DNA of 64,000 nucleotides from Promethearchaeota archaeon (GTDB lineage: Archaea; Asgardarchaeota; Lokiarchaeia; Sigyniarchaeales; SOKP01). Positions within the stretch are counted from its first letter, which is position 1; every line of letters starts with the position of its first letter. Under the pieces are notes generated by a model. The model was given only the letters and a program-made list of their open reading frames with translations. It was not told where the DNA came from and did not search any database. The DNA is taken from positions 160,001-224,000 of the forward strand of contig JAEOTA010000081.1 in the NCBI GenBank assembly GCA_016840085.1, written 5' to 3'. A program made the position numbers and the translations under genes. Of this stretch, positions 31,596 through 42,292 are shown piece by piece.

Positions 31596-34500
31596 ATGAT
31601 TTTCATGGAATTATTAGATAAAAAGTTGCTTCTGAATGAATTAGAAGAAAAAATATTGACTTATTGGGAAGAGAAAGATATTTATTCATTGATAAGAAAG
31701 AAAGAAGAGGGAAAGGAAGTATGGCGCTTTATCGATGGTCCTCCCTACACTACAGGATTAATCCATCTTGGAACTGCATGGAATAAGATTCTTAAAGATT
31801 ATTTAATAAAATACAAAAGAATGAGAGGGTTCAAAGTAACGGATACTCCCGGCTATGATACGCATGGATTACCAATTGAGGTTCAGATGGAAAAAGAACT
31901 GGGTATAACAAATAAACAAGAGATTTACGAATATGGCGTAGATAAATTCATTAAAAATTGTAAAGATTATGCCCAGAAAAATTTGAAAATTATGAATGAT
32001 CAATTCAAGCGACTGGGATGTTATTTTTGGGACTGGGATAACCCTTATATTACCTTTAGGAATAGTTATCTTGAGGGAATTTGGTGGACTTTGAAAAAAG
32101 CTTGGGAAAATGGACTATTATATCAATTCTATAGACCTTTAAATTGTTGTCCCAGATGTGCTACGGCTCTCGCAAAACATGAGCATGAGTATAAAAATAT
32201 AGAAGATACAAGTTTATTTCTCAAAATAAAAGCTGTAGATTTGTATAATACTTACTTTATAATTTGGACCACAACTCCATGGACTTTAGTTGCTAATGAA
32301 GCAATAATGGCAAATCCATTTGCAGAGTATGGGAAAGTACACATAGAAGATCTTGATGAATATTGGATTTTATCAAAAGCATCCATTACTCACCTTATTT
32401 CAGGGGAATTAGGATACAAATATAAAATTGTAGAAGATTATCAAGGTACAGATTTAGAAGGTATGAAGTATATTCATCCTCTATTAGAAGAAGTGCCATA
32501 TCAAAAAGAATTGGAAAAAGAAAGTGATACAGTTCATACTATAATATTGTCAGAAGAATATGTTTCTGCTTCAGAGGGAGTGGGATTAGTTCATACTGCG
32601 CCTGGACATGGCCCTGAAGATTTTGAAGTAGGTGTAGCTAATAATATACCAGTTTTTACTCCTGTTAATATTAGAGGAATTTATACTAAAGATGCAGGCA
32701 AATTTGCAGGAAAATTCGTCTTTGATGCTAATGACGAGATCTTAGATATATTAAAAAACAAGGGCACTTTAATATTTACGACTGAGATTGAGCACGAGTA
32801 TGCTCATTGTTGGCGTTGCGATTCTAAGTTAGTATATAGAGCCACAAATCAATGGTTTTTTAAAACTGAACGTCTAGTTCCCGAATTATTAGAAAAAAAT
32901 AGTGAGATATATTGGGTCCCAGATTGGGCAGGAAATCGTTGGTTCAAAAGTTGGTTAAGTACCTTAAAAGATTGGTGTATTTCAAGACAACGATTTTGGG
33001 GTATCCCATTAAGTGTATGGATTTGTGATAATGAAGGTTGTGGGGATGTTACGGTTATTGGTTCGGCTAAAGAATTAAAAGAAATAGCTGGAAAGTGTCC
33101 AGAAGATTTACATCGTCCATGGATTGATGAAGTTACTTGGAAATGTAAAAAATGTAAAAGTGGTACAAAAAAGAGGATTCCTGATATTTTGGATGTTTGG
33201 TTAGACTCTGGCTCTGTTATGTGGGCTGCTCAAGAAGTTTACGATGGAAAAAGTCATTTTGGCACATGGGTTCCAGCGGATTTTATACTCGAAGGAAAAG
33301 ATCAGATTAGAGGTTGGTTTAATACTCTATTATGTAGCGCAATGGTATCCTCTGGGAGAAAAAATTATGATGCTTGTTATATGCATGGTTGGACTTTAAG
33401 AGATAAAATGAAAATGAGCAAATCAAAAGGAACTCAAATTTATCCTGAGGATCTTATTGATGGAACTTTGGATGAACTCAAAAAAAAGAAGTCTTATTCG
33501 AAAATAAAGGGAATTGAAACCTTCCGCTTTTATGCTATTGGAGTTACACAACCTGGTCGGGATTTTAATTTTGTTGCTAAAGAATATGCAGATACTTATA
33601 AGATAATTAATACTATATGGAATGTTTATGTCTATGCTAGTGAGAAGTTCGATTTAGCAGGATTTGATCCATCAAAAGTAATTTTAAAAGAAAATATGTT
33701 AAGTAAATTAGATAAATGGATGATTTCCAAAGTAAATTCTACAATTAAAAAGATTACAGAATTATCAGATAATTATGAACTTCCATGGATTACAGGAGAA
33801 ATTAGAGATTTAATTGTTAATGATATTAGTAGATGGTATATCATGTTAAATCGAGAGAAACTTGACATATATTCTGAAGATCCAAACAAAGAAATCATAA
33901 TGAGAGTACTATTCGAATCCCTATTCAATGTGCTTTTAATGCTTGCCCCTATAAATCCAATGCTTACAGAGGAAATTTATTTTAAGATGTTCAAATCTTA
34001 TATGAAATCGATGGGTTTAAATGAAGTAGAAAGTATACATCTCCAAGATTGGCCTAAAATTGATCAAAATAAGATTGATTCAAAATTAGAAGAACAGATG
34101 GTATTCACAAGAGATTTAATTGAGAATGTTCGCGCTTTAAAGGATGAGAACAAAATAAGATTGAGATGGCCAAATAAGAGAATAATAATTGAACCAAAAG
34201 AAGATATGCCAGACATAATCTTTCCAGATATAATAAAAACGATTGGAAATATAAAAGAATTAGAAACTAATGAATCTGTAAAGACAGGGGAAAATCTAAT
34301 TAAAGGAGAATCAAAATATTATAACATATATTTGGATATCAGTGTAGATGATGAGCTTTTAGGTGAACGTGTAGTTAATGATTTAATTCGAAATATTCAG
34401 TTTTCACGTAAAAAAAGTAATTTTAAAGTTGGAGAAAAAATCTCATTAAAAATTGGAACTACGACTGAATACTTAAAAGAGTATTTAGAAAAGAATAAAG

Positions 34501-34742
34501 AAATAATTGCCGATAAAGTAACTGCTGAAAAATTTGAGATAATCCTCGGCGATATACCAGAAGAAAAAATTGAAGTTTCAGGAAAATTGAGTATTTGTGC
34601 TAATCGGGATTGTTCTGCTTCATTAAAAAACAATACAATATCAAAATTAGTAAAAAAACAGAAAATAAAATGCCCCTATTGTAATTCAGATTTAAGTAAT
34701 GAATCAATACAACCCTTAACTTTTAGCTTTAAGAGAATCTGA
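31596..34742 (+). CDS. ileS: Isoleucine-tRNA ligase (archaeal/eukaryote-like type)
   Basis: DGPPY..G.IHLGT, GYDTHGLPIE, WTTTPWTL, DWCISRQRFWG, EGKDQ.RGWF, KMSKS. Confidence 0.97.
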   Translation: MIFMELLDKKLLLNELEEKILTYWEEKDIYSLIRKKEEGKEVWRFIDGPPYTTGLIHLGTAWNKILKDYLIKYKRMRGFKVTDTPGYDTHGLPIEVQMEKELGITNKQEIYEYGVDKFIKNCKDYAQKNLKIMNDQFKRLGCYFWDWDNPYITFRNSYLEGIWWTLKKAWENGLLYQFYRPLNCCPRCATALAKHEHEYKNIEDTSLFLKIKAVDLYNTYFIIWTTTPWTLVANEAIMANPFAEYGKVHIEDLDEYWILSKASITHLISGELGYKYKIVEDYQGTDLEGMKYIHPLLEEVPYQKELEKESDTVHTIILSEEYVSASEGVGLVHTAPGHGPEDFEVGVANNIPVFTPVNIRGIYTKDAGKFAGKFVFDANDEILDILKNKGTLIFTTEIEHEYAHCWRCDSKLVYRATNQWFFKTERLVPELLEKNSEIYWVPDWAGNRWFKSWLSTLKDWCISRQRFWGIPLSVWICDNEGCGDVTVIGSAKELKEIAGKCPEDLHRPWIDEVTWKCKKCKSGTKKRIPDILDVWLDSGSVMWAAQEVYDGKSHFGTWVPADFILEGKDQIRGWFNTLLCSAMVSSGRKNYDACYMHGWTLRDKMKMSKSKGTQIYPEDLIDGTLDELKKKKSYSKIKGIETFRFYAIGVTQPGRDFNFVAKEYADTYKIINTIWNVYVYASEKFDLAGFDPSKVILKENMLSKLDKWMISKVNSTIKKITELSDNYELPWITGEIRDLIVNDISRWYIMLNREKLDIYSEDPNKEIIMRVLFESLFNVLLMLAPINPMLTEEIYFKMFKSYMKSMGLNEVESIHLQDWPKIDQNKIDSKLEEQMVFTRDLIENVRALKDENKIRLRWPNKRIIIEPKEDMPDIIFPDIIKTIGNIKELETNESVKTGENLIKGESKYYNIYLDISVDDELLGERVVNDLIRNIQFSRKKSNFKVGEKISLKIGTTTEYLKEYLEKNKEIIADKVTAEKFEIILGDIPEEKIEVSGKLSICANRDCSASLKNNTISKLVKKQKIKCPYCNSDLSNESIQPLTFSFKRI

Positions 34743-35026
34743 TGATACACTTATTTTAATATTTTCGGACTTAATTCAGAGAGGATTATGGGTTTTTACT
34801 GAACTTTTAAACTTTTTTTTATAAATTATTCTATAACTCGATTGTTGTTTCTATGCTTTATGAATTTTTAATGGGTATAAGGAATTTGAAAAAGTTGCAC
34901 TATTAATATAGACAATTGAATACAATTTAATGCAAATTAAAAAAATTAAAATAGGAAGGAAGTATAAGTTTTACTAACGTAAATCTCATAAAAACATTTA
35001 AATAAACAAAGGTTAAAGTATATATT

Positions 35027-37075
35027 ATGTCAAGTAAATCTAAAATAATAATTGGAATTGTTTTACTAGCAGTTGGTGGTGGTTTAATACCAACTGGTAT
35101 ATTAACAAATGACTATTTACGTGATGCAGTCTACGATGGAGTGCCTGATGCTCTTCTGCAAATTCAAGATGAAGCCGTCTCTGAAATAGAAGAATTGGTA
35201 CCTGTATTAGCAACTCCCTCAGCACTACTGGGCGCAAAAGAAGAAGCAATAGAAGGCATTAAACCAATGGTAGCAGTAGCAGAAACTCCCGGTATTCTTC
35301 GCACTCTCAAAGCTACAATGGAGGCACAAATTCCTTATATACTTACTTTCACCACAGCAGCACACCTCCTTAATTTATCTTACTATTGGGCAGAAGGCAC
35401 TTACGGTCCTGGAAATGGGGCTGAGCAATTTTTTAATAATCCTGGCTATTTTGATCCTTATTCGCAAATCGGACCTTCCACTTTTGCGGGAATTAGTATG
35501 GGCTATACACCATTAGCACAACAAAACCTCCTATTCGATGGTTTTTATGATAGTATAATAGCAGATTATTACTCTGAGTGGTTTCCTACTTCCATTCCCG
35601 GTTTAATCACCGATACTACATTGGGTTCAGGTGTCGGCAATTATTATAGTTATTTTGGAACTGCCGATTATTTTGCTAATGTTGTGTTAGACACCTATCC
35701 TAAAGATGTAATGATGGCAAAGTATAATGCTACATGGGACCAATTAGGAACTTTATGGGCTTATTTTGAATATTTTTTGTTTCCTACTGTCGTTCCTACA
35801 GCATTTCTCAATAATTACGGTATTGATATAGTTACTGCAGCTACTTATGGGTTTTACTTCCAATGGGCGAATGGTACTTTCGTACCTGATGGAATTGATT
35901 TAAGTGCTTTATTGGGTCTTGATTCAGAACTTAAAGGCGTTGAAGCAGGGGTTCCAGCGCCTACTAACATTTCTCTTGCTAATTCTATTGATCTATGGAA
36001 TGATTCAATTCCTTTATCATTTGCAAATGATGATGGAATTTATGCCTGGTTAGATGGAACTGTTACAAATTCCACATTTGGCCTTGATGAAACTCAATTT
36101 GCGATGGTATTAAGCTGGTTAAATAATTTTATCACAAATGTGGCTCCCACCCTTATTGAAAATGACCAAGGAGTTACTATGGATAGGATTGGGGAAGTAT
36201 TATTTTACGAGCAATGGGCAAATGGTACTATTCAAGGTGAAGTAATGGTTCCAGGTGGATTTCTTACTGAACTCGGTGATGAATTTGAAGGGCCACCTTA
36301 TCTTGAAGCTGGTTTACAAGTTCCTACAAACATTTCTTTGGATGCAACAGAAGACCTATGGGATGAATATAATAAATTATCTTTCGCAAACGGAGATGGA
36401 GTTGAAGTGTGGGTTGGAGCAGCGACAAATACTACTCTTAAGGCGCTAATTAAGGATGAGTTTAATATTACTTCAGCGGAGGTTGATTTGCTTGTAGAAT
36501 GGTTAAATCACTTCATATTTGGGCTTAATAAATTTATTAGGGGAAAAACTCTAAAACTTCTTGAATATGCGACTGGTTATGATTTATCTCAATTCTCTTT
36601 AAGGTTATTCTATGAGCAATGGGCGAATGGAACGATAAACGGCGAAGAAGTTATACCTGATGGATTTCTCAGTATGCGAGATCCTCCTATCTACGGACCA
36701 CCCTATTTTGAACTGGGTATAATGTATGCCTGTGGGATAACATTTCCACAAGTAGAAGATCTTTGGCGTGAATCTAGTGATTATGCCTTAACTTCTGTTA
36801 AAGGAGTTAATAAGTGGTACAAGGCAAAAGAAGGTAATGACCAGTGGAATGAGTTAGCTGACGAATTTGACTTTGATTATATTCAAATGTTAGCAATAAC
36901 AACATGGTTACCAGAATTTAGAGATACTCTTGTGAATAAATTAGCAAAAGATGATATGAATTTACCTATGGAGCCTTATGATCTAGGTAACACACTATTT
37001 CTCACTTTACTACCCATAGGGTCAGTCCTTGCAGTATTAGGAGTAGTAGCTTTAATTTTATCGAGGAGATCATAA
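35027..37075 (+). CDS. Acidic surface protein with N- and C-terminal TM helices and three QWANGT repeats
   Basis: Repeat starts at nt 35861, 36212 and 36617; about 11 N-x-S/T sequons. Confidence 0.8.
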   Translation: MSSKSKIIIGIVLLAVGGGLIPTGILTNDYLRDAVYDGVPDALLQIQDEAVSEIEELVPVLATPSALLGAKEEAIEGIKPMVAVAETPGILRTLKATMEAQIPYILTFTTAAHLLNLSYYWAEGTYGPGNGAEQFFNNPGYFDPYSQIGPSTFAGISMGYTPLAQQNLLFDGFYDSIIADYYSEWFPTSIPGLITDTTLGSGVGNYYSYFGTADYFANVVLDTYPKDVMMAKYNATWDQLGTLWAYFEYFLFPTVVPTAFLNNYGIDIVTAATYGFYFQWANGTFVPDGIDLSALLGLDSELKGVEAGVPAPTNISLANSIDLWNDSIPLSFANDDGIYAWLDGTVTNSTFGLDETQFAMVLSWLNNFITNVAPTLIENDQGVTMDRIGEVLFYEQWANGTIQGEVMVPGGFLTELGDEFEGPPYLEAGLQVPTNISLDATEDLWDEYNKLSFANGDGVEVWVGAATNTTLKALIKDEFNITSAEVDLLVEWLNHFIFGLNKFIRGKTLKLLEYATGYDLSQFSLRLFYEQWANGTINGEEVIPDGFLSMRDPPIYGPPYFELGIMYACGITFPQVEDLWRESSDYALTSVKGVNKWYKAKEGNDQWNELADEFDFDYIQMLAITTWLPEFRDTLVNKLAKDDMNLPMEPYDLGNTLFLTLLPIGSVLAVLGVVALILSRRS

Positions 37076-37095
37076 AAAATTAACAAATTTTAAAA

Positions 37096-37121
37096 TTAAT
37101 ATTTTTCTTTTTTTTATTTTC
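37096..37121 (+). terminator. Oligo-T tract, probable archaeal terminator between convergent genes
   Basis: ttaatatttttctttttttt-type T run 20-45 nt after the stop at 37075. Confidence 0.45.
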
Positions 37122-37142
37122 TTGTTGAATTATGTGATTAAT

Positions 37143-38210
37143 TCAATTAGTGTGTAATGATGTATTTTCTTTTTTATAATAATCTAACCAGTAATTAAAC
37201 ATATTTTTTAAGGTTGTCTCTATAGGTATTTTTGGTATCCATCCTAATTCCTTCGTTATTTTTGAATTATCTCCCAGAATAAAATCCTCATCACTTGCTC
37301 TTAATTTTCTTGGAGTATTTTCTCTGATTTCTATTTCTATTTTTGAAAAACTTAGTGCTATATTCAAAATTTCTCTGATTTGAATTTTCCTACTAGAACA
37401 AATATTATAAGTTTCTCCTGGTTTTCCTTTTATTGTAGCTAACCAAATTGCTGGAATGACGTCCATGACATCTAAAAAATCTCTATAGGGGTGTAAATTT
37501 CCCACCTCAATAATGGGGGCAATTAATTCTAAATCAATTTGCGCAATTTTCCTTATAAAATCAGAGGGAGCATCATTTATCCTGCGAATCCCTGTAATAT
37601 TGAAGAATCTCAAATTTAATATTTCAATTTCAAAATTTAAAAAATATTGACGTGCTAAGAGTTCTGCTGCGATTTTACTTATACCATATGGGTGTACTGC
37701 CAGTAAGGGATCAGTTTCTTTTAAATGTCTTTCTATTTTTGTGGTCGTTCCATATTCAGTTGCGGAACAAGCCAATATTACTCTTGTTGGAATATTATAT
37801 TTCTTAATCGGTTCAAAAATATTTATAGTGCCTATAACGTTCGTGTTAAATGTATCAATAGGATCCTCAAAAGATGGAACAATATAGGGTTGTGCAGCAA
37901 AATGAAATATAAATATTGGTTTAATAATTTTAATAATCTTTTCTAAAAGTGGCGCATTTTTTATATCGCATTCAATAATTTTTAACTTAGTATTATTTGT
38001 TGGGATTTCAATCGATACTCCAAATATTTTCAATTTTTCTTTATTGGAGAATGTTTCTTTCCCATCAGTATAATGCTTTAAATTTTTATATTTTTGGTTC
38101 GGTCTTTCTAAAGCATAAATCTCATAATCCTTTTTAATAAAAAAATCAGTAAGATGAGATCCTAAAAATCCATTTGCTCCTGTAATTATAATCTTATCCA
38201 TTTCAGACAA
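37143..38210 (-). CDS. GDP-sugar SDR, Rmd-like reductase or Gmd family
   Basis: GANGFLG, HFAAQ, CSATEYG, YGISK, VGNL...RDF.DV.D. Confidence 0.8.
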   Translation of the reverse strand: MSEMDKIIITGANGFLGSHLTDFFIKKDYEIYALERPNQKYKNLKHYTDGKETFSNKEKLKIFGVSIEIPTNNTKLKIIECDIKNAPLLEKIIKIIKPIFIFHFAAQPYIVPSFEDPIDTFNTNVIGTINIFEPIKKYNIPTRVILACSATEYGTTTKIERHLKETDPLLAVHPYGISKIAAELLARQYFLNFEIEILNLRFFNITGIRRINDAPSDFIRKIAQIDLELIAPIIEVGNLHPYRDFLDVMDVIPAIWLATIKGKPGETYNICSSRKIQIREILNIALSFSKIEIEIRENTPRKLRASDEDFILGDNSKITKELGWIPKIPIETTLKNMFNYWLDYYKKENTSLHTN

Positions 38211-38226
38211 TCTTTATTATACTTTT

Positions 38227-39360
38227 TTATTTTAGTAAGCCTTTATCCTTTAAAATGTCTATTGCTTTGGTAAAATTATCTTGAAAATTATTTGCAGATG
38301 ATTGTATCCAGTTTAATACTTCATCTATTCCTTCCTTAAATGGTATAGTAGGTCTAAATCCTAGTTTAACTTTAATTCTTGAGATATCAGCAATACAATG
38401 TCTTATATCACCAACTCTATATTGCTGATTATAAATTGGTTTTAAGTCTGGATTTATTTTTTCTGACAAAATTTCAGCAACATCTTTAATTGTAATTGGT
38501 ATTCCGGTCCCAACATTGAAGATTTCTCCATTCGCAGCATTTTTTTCCATTGCAAGAATTAAGGCTTGACAGACATCTTGAACATTCACAAAATCTCTAG
38601 TTTGATGTCCATCTTCAAAAATAATTGGAGGTTTTCCACTAAGTAATCTCGTACCAAATATCGCACAAACTCCAGTATAAGGATTTGATAATGCTTGTCT
38701 TGATCCATATACTAAGAAAAATCTTAATATGGTGGTTTTAATTCCATAAGTTTCACCAATTAATAGAGAACTTTGTTCCTGTGCTTGTTTGGAAAAAGCA
38801 TAAATGGAACTAGGATCAAAAGGAGTGGTCTCATTAGACAATAATGGTTCAACTTTCTTACCGCATTTAGGACATAATAATTCCCACTCTTTAGTTTTCA
38901 ATTGATCCATAGTTCTTAATTTAGGGAAGACAATTCCACAATCATCGCAACTATATTTACCTTCCCCATATACAGTATTAGATGATGCTACGATCAATTT
39001 TTTAATATCATGTTCACTATTAGCAAGAATATCTAGTAGATTAGCTGTACCAAGAATATTATTTTCTATATAATCTTTAACTTGATACATTGATTGCCCA
39101 ACGCCAACTTTTGCTGCCAGATGAAAAACAATATCACTTCTTTTAATTAATTCTTCTAATTTATTGTAATCTGAAACTGAGCCAAGAATAAATTCAGCTT
39201 TTTCATTTAAGTAACTTGGTGCTTTAGTTCTCTTCCCATGCACTTGTTCTTCTAATGAATCAAATACAATAACATTACATTCCTTTTCTTCTATTAATGT
39301 ATCAACTAAATGAGACCCTATAAAACCAGCTCCACCAGTAACTAATATTCTTTTTTTCAT
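38227..39360 (-). CDS. NAD-dependent epimerase/dehydratase with a CxxC...CxxC insertion
   Basis: GGAGFIG, HLAA.VGVGQSM, YAFSK, CDDC/CPKC, EDG.QTRDF. Confidence 0.9.
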   Translation of the reverse strand: MKKRILVTGGAGFIGSHLVDTLIEEKECNVIVFDSLEEQVHGKRTKAPSYLNEKAEFILGSVSDYNKLEELIKRSDIVFHLAAKVGVGQSMYQVKDYIENNILGTANLLDILANSEHDIKKLIVASSNTVYGEGKYSCDDCGIVFPKLRTMDQLKTKEWELLCPKCGKKVEPLLSNETTPFDPSSIYAFSKQAQEQSSLLIGETYGIKTTILRFFLVYGSRQALSNPYTGVCAIFGTRLLSGKPPIIFEDGHQTRDFVNVQDVCQALILAMEKNAANGEIFNVGTGIPITIKDVAEILSEKINPDLKPIYNQQYRVGDIRHCIADISRIKVKLGFRPTIPFKEGIDEVLNWIQSSANNFQDNFTKAIDILKDKGLLK

Positions 39361-39706
39361 TATTATTTCTTTAAGAAGGTATTACTCTTATATACTCAGA
39401 TCTAAACTTTAAAATATTAAATAATTGATGTAATTTTGAAAAAGATAACTTAAGATTTAAAATGACTGTAAAAATAAAAAAAGAGATTATTAATTTTTAA
39501 AGACTAGTTCTAATTTCAAAATGAGTTTTAATAATGATTGTTAGGTAAATACCCCATTGAATCTAAAGCATTTAATATTATTTTTTTACTTTCTTCAGCA
39601 TTATTGCTTATTATATTTAAAAATCGAAATATTTTCTATTTTAATTTTATTCACTAAAAATAAGAACACACTCTATTAAATAGTTAAATTTTACATATAT
39701 ATCCAA

Positions 39707-40807
39707 TTAATCTGATAGAATTCTTTCTTTAATAATTGCTACTATTCTTTTTGCAGTATTTCCATCCCATTTTTCAATTTTTTTACTTTCTTTATAATTA
39801 TTTGATAAAATATCATCGATACATGCTTTTGCTTTATAAAAATTATTTCCAATTACTGTATTTGTCCCAATATCCACAGTAATAGGTCTTTCGGTATTTT
39901 TTCGCAAAGTAAGAACTGGTATTTTCAGATATGAAGCTTCTTCTTGGATCCCTCCTGAATCAGTTAAAATAAATCTTGAGTTGGACATTAAATTTAGAAA
40001 ATCTAAATAACCAATTGGTTCAGATAAACAAATATTTTTATTCTGCAATTTTTTATTAAGTTTGAATTTTACAAGATTCTTTTGTGTTCTGGGATGAATA
40101 GGAAAAAAAATTTGAATCTTTTCTTGAAGATAATTTATGATTTTTATAATTTTTTCAAAATTTTCCTTTATGTCTACATTGGAAGGTCTGTGCAACGTTA
40201 TTAAAGCATATTTACTTTTTTTTAAATTAAACTTTTTCAGTGAGTTCAATGTCTTGGCTTTTTTGAGATTCATTATTAATGTATCAATCATTATATTTCC
40301 AACAAAATAAATTTTTTCAGAGCTGATACCTTCACGTTTAAGATTTATTTCTGCACTTTTTTCTGTTATAAATAAAAAATCAGCAATTTGATCAGTTAAT
40401 AATCTGTTAATTTCTTCAGGCATGCTCATATCAAAACTTCTTAATCCGGCTTCTACATGGGCAACTTTAATGAATCTTTTTTTAGCTACTAAAGCACAAG
40501 CTAATGTTGAATTGACATCTCCAACTACTATAACTAATCTTGGTTTTTCATTCAATAAGACTTTTTCAAACTCAATCATAATTTTTGCTGTCTGAATAGC
40601 ATGAGATGCTGAACCAACATTTAGATAAATATTTGGCTCTGGTATTCCAAGATTCTCAAAGAATATCTTTGACATATTATAATCATAGTGTTGTCCGGTA
40701 TGTATTAATTTATACTCTATATTTTCTTTTTGAAATTCTTGGATTAATGGAGCAATTTTCATGAAATTAGGTCTCGCTCCTGCTATGATATGTATCAATT
40801 TGTTCAT
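39707..40807 (-). CDS. wecB: Non-hydrolysing UDP-N-acetylglucosamine 2-epimerase (WecB/WbpI-like)
   Basis: [50 protein letters not shown]. Confidence 0.95.
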   Translation of the reverse strand: MNKLIHIIAGARPNFMKIAPLIQEFQKENIEYKLIHTGQHYDYNMSKIFFENLGIPEPNIYLNVGSASHAIQTAKIMIEFEKVLLNEKPRLVIVVGDVNSTLACALVAKKRFIKVAHVEAGLRSFDMSMPEEINRLLTDQIADFLFITEKSAEINLKREGISSEKIYFVGNIMIDTLIMNLKKAKTLNSLKKFNLKKSKYALITLHRPSNVDIKENFEKIIKIINYLQEKIQIFFPIHPRTQKNLVKFKLNKKLQNKNICLSEPIGYLDFLNLMSNSRFILTDSGGIQEEASYLKIPVLTLRKNTERPITVDIGTNTVIGNNFYKAKACIDDILSNNYKESKKIEKWDGNTAKRIVAIIKERILSD

Positions 40808-41061
40808 TTTCAGTAATAAAAATATTATTATAAAACTTTCATAAAAAAAATTAATATTTATTAATGTTTCAAGGAAATAATAATTAATTCTTTTAATTGG
40901 AGTATAGTAAAACTGATTAATTCAAAGTAAAACTTATGGTTTTTCAAATTTTTTTGAAATATTATAAAAATATTTTAAATTTCAATATGAAATAAGAGTA
41001 ATATTGATAACATTAAATCTTGATCAATATTCTTTTTAAAAATAATATCTAATTTATTTTT

Positions 41062-42222
41062 ATGATAAGAATAATTAAAGATTTGTCTAAGATTAATTTC
41101 TTACAGCCATCAATTCTTAGATTACTTTTAAGAGATTTTTTTAAAATAAATAATAAAATTCAATCAAATTTATTTCATATACAAAAAGCTATTGATTGGC
41201 TAATTCATGCTCAATCAAAAACTAAAGATGGGGGGATTTCTCTTGGTTATTCATTAAAATTAGGATGGTTCCCATCATATCCTGAAACATCAGGATATAT
41301 TATTCCAACATTATTAGACTATTACAATATTTCTCATAATGATTTTTATAAAAAAATTTGTAAAGAAATTGCAGATTGGGAATGTTCTATCCAATTAAAG
41401 AATGGAAGTTTTCCAGGTGGATTTATAACACAGAATAAAGAATATTCTATTTTTAATACAGGACAAATCATTTTAGGTTTGATCAGGGCATTTAAAGAAT
41501 TAAAATTTAAAAATTATTTGGATTGTGCCATTAAAGCAGGTGAATTTTTGGTTGATAATCAAGAAACTAATGGTAATTGGATAAAATATTGCTTTAAAAA
41601 TAAGCCTCATACATATAATGTACGAACAGCGTGGGCTTTATTAGAATTATACAAAATTACTCATAATAATATATTTAAGGAATCTGCTATTAAAAATTTG
41701 AAATGGGCATTATCTCAAAAATTTGATAATTATTGGTTTAAAAATAATGATCCTACTATTGAATTGAAACCTTTATTACATTTTATTTCATATACAATTA
41801 GAGGATTTTTAGAATCTGGGTTAATTTTAAAAGATAATAAATATATTCGAATAGCAGTTGAAACTTCGAAAATTTTATTAGATTATTTTATAATCAATGG
41901 ATTTTTACACGCAAGATTTAACTCAAATTGGGAAAGTAATGATTATCTTAGTTGTTTAACAGGAGATGCTCAATTGTCTATTATTTGGTTAAAATTATAT
42001 GAAATATGTCAGGATGACCGATTTCTTATAAATGCTATAAAATTAAATAACTATTTAAAATCGAAACAAGTTTTAAATAAACGGAATAAGGCAATTGATG
42101 GTGCTATTAAAGGATCTGATCCCATTTGGGGAAATTATATGAGATTTACTTTTTTAAATTGGGCTGCTAAATTTTTTTGTGATGCTTTAATCCTTGAAAA
42201 TAGAATACTAAAAACAAATTGA
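41062..42222 (+). CDS. Alpha/alpha-toroid (prenyltransferase-repeat-like) protein of polysaccharide clusters
   Basis: WL..AQ...DGG, SYPETSGYIIPT, FNTGQII.GL, Q..NG.W repeats, CLTGDAQ, NWAAKFF.DAL. Confidence 0.7.
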   Translation: MIRIIKDLSKINFLQPSILRLLLRDFFKINNKIQSNLFHIQKAIDWLIHAQSKTKDGGISLGYSLKLGWFPSYPETSGYIIPTLLDYYNISHNDFYKKICKEIADWECSIQLKNGSFPGGFITQNKEYSIFNTGQIILGLIRAFKELKFKNYLDCAIKAGEFLVDNQETNGNWIKYCFKNKPHTYNVRTAWALLELYKITHNNIFKESAIKNLKWALSQKFDNYWFKNNDPTIELKPLLHFISYTIRGFLESGLILKDNKYIRIAVETSKILLDYFIINGFLHARFNSNWESNDYLSCLTGDAQLSIIWLKLYEICQDDRFLINAIKLNNYLKSKQVLNKRNKAIDGAIKGSDPIWGNYMRFTFLNWAAKFFCDALILENRILKTN

Positions 42223-42292
42223 AAAAATTAATGTCGTAAGAGTATTAACACAAATTTTTATTATATTCTATCCATACCAAATTATTATTTTT

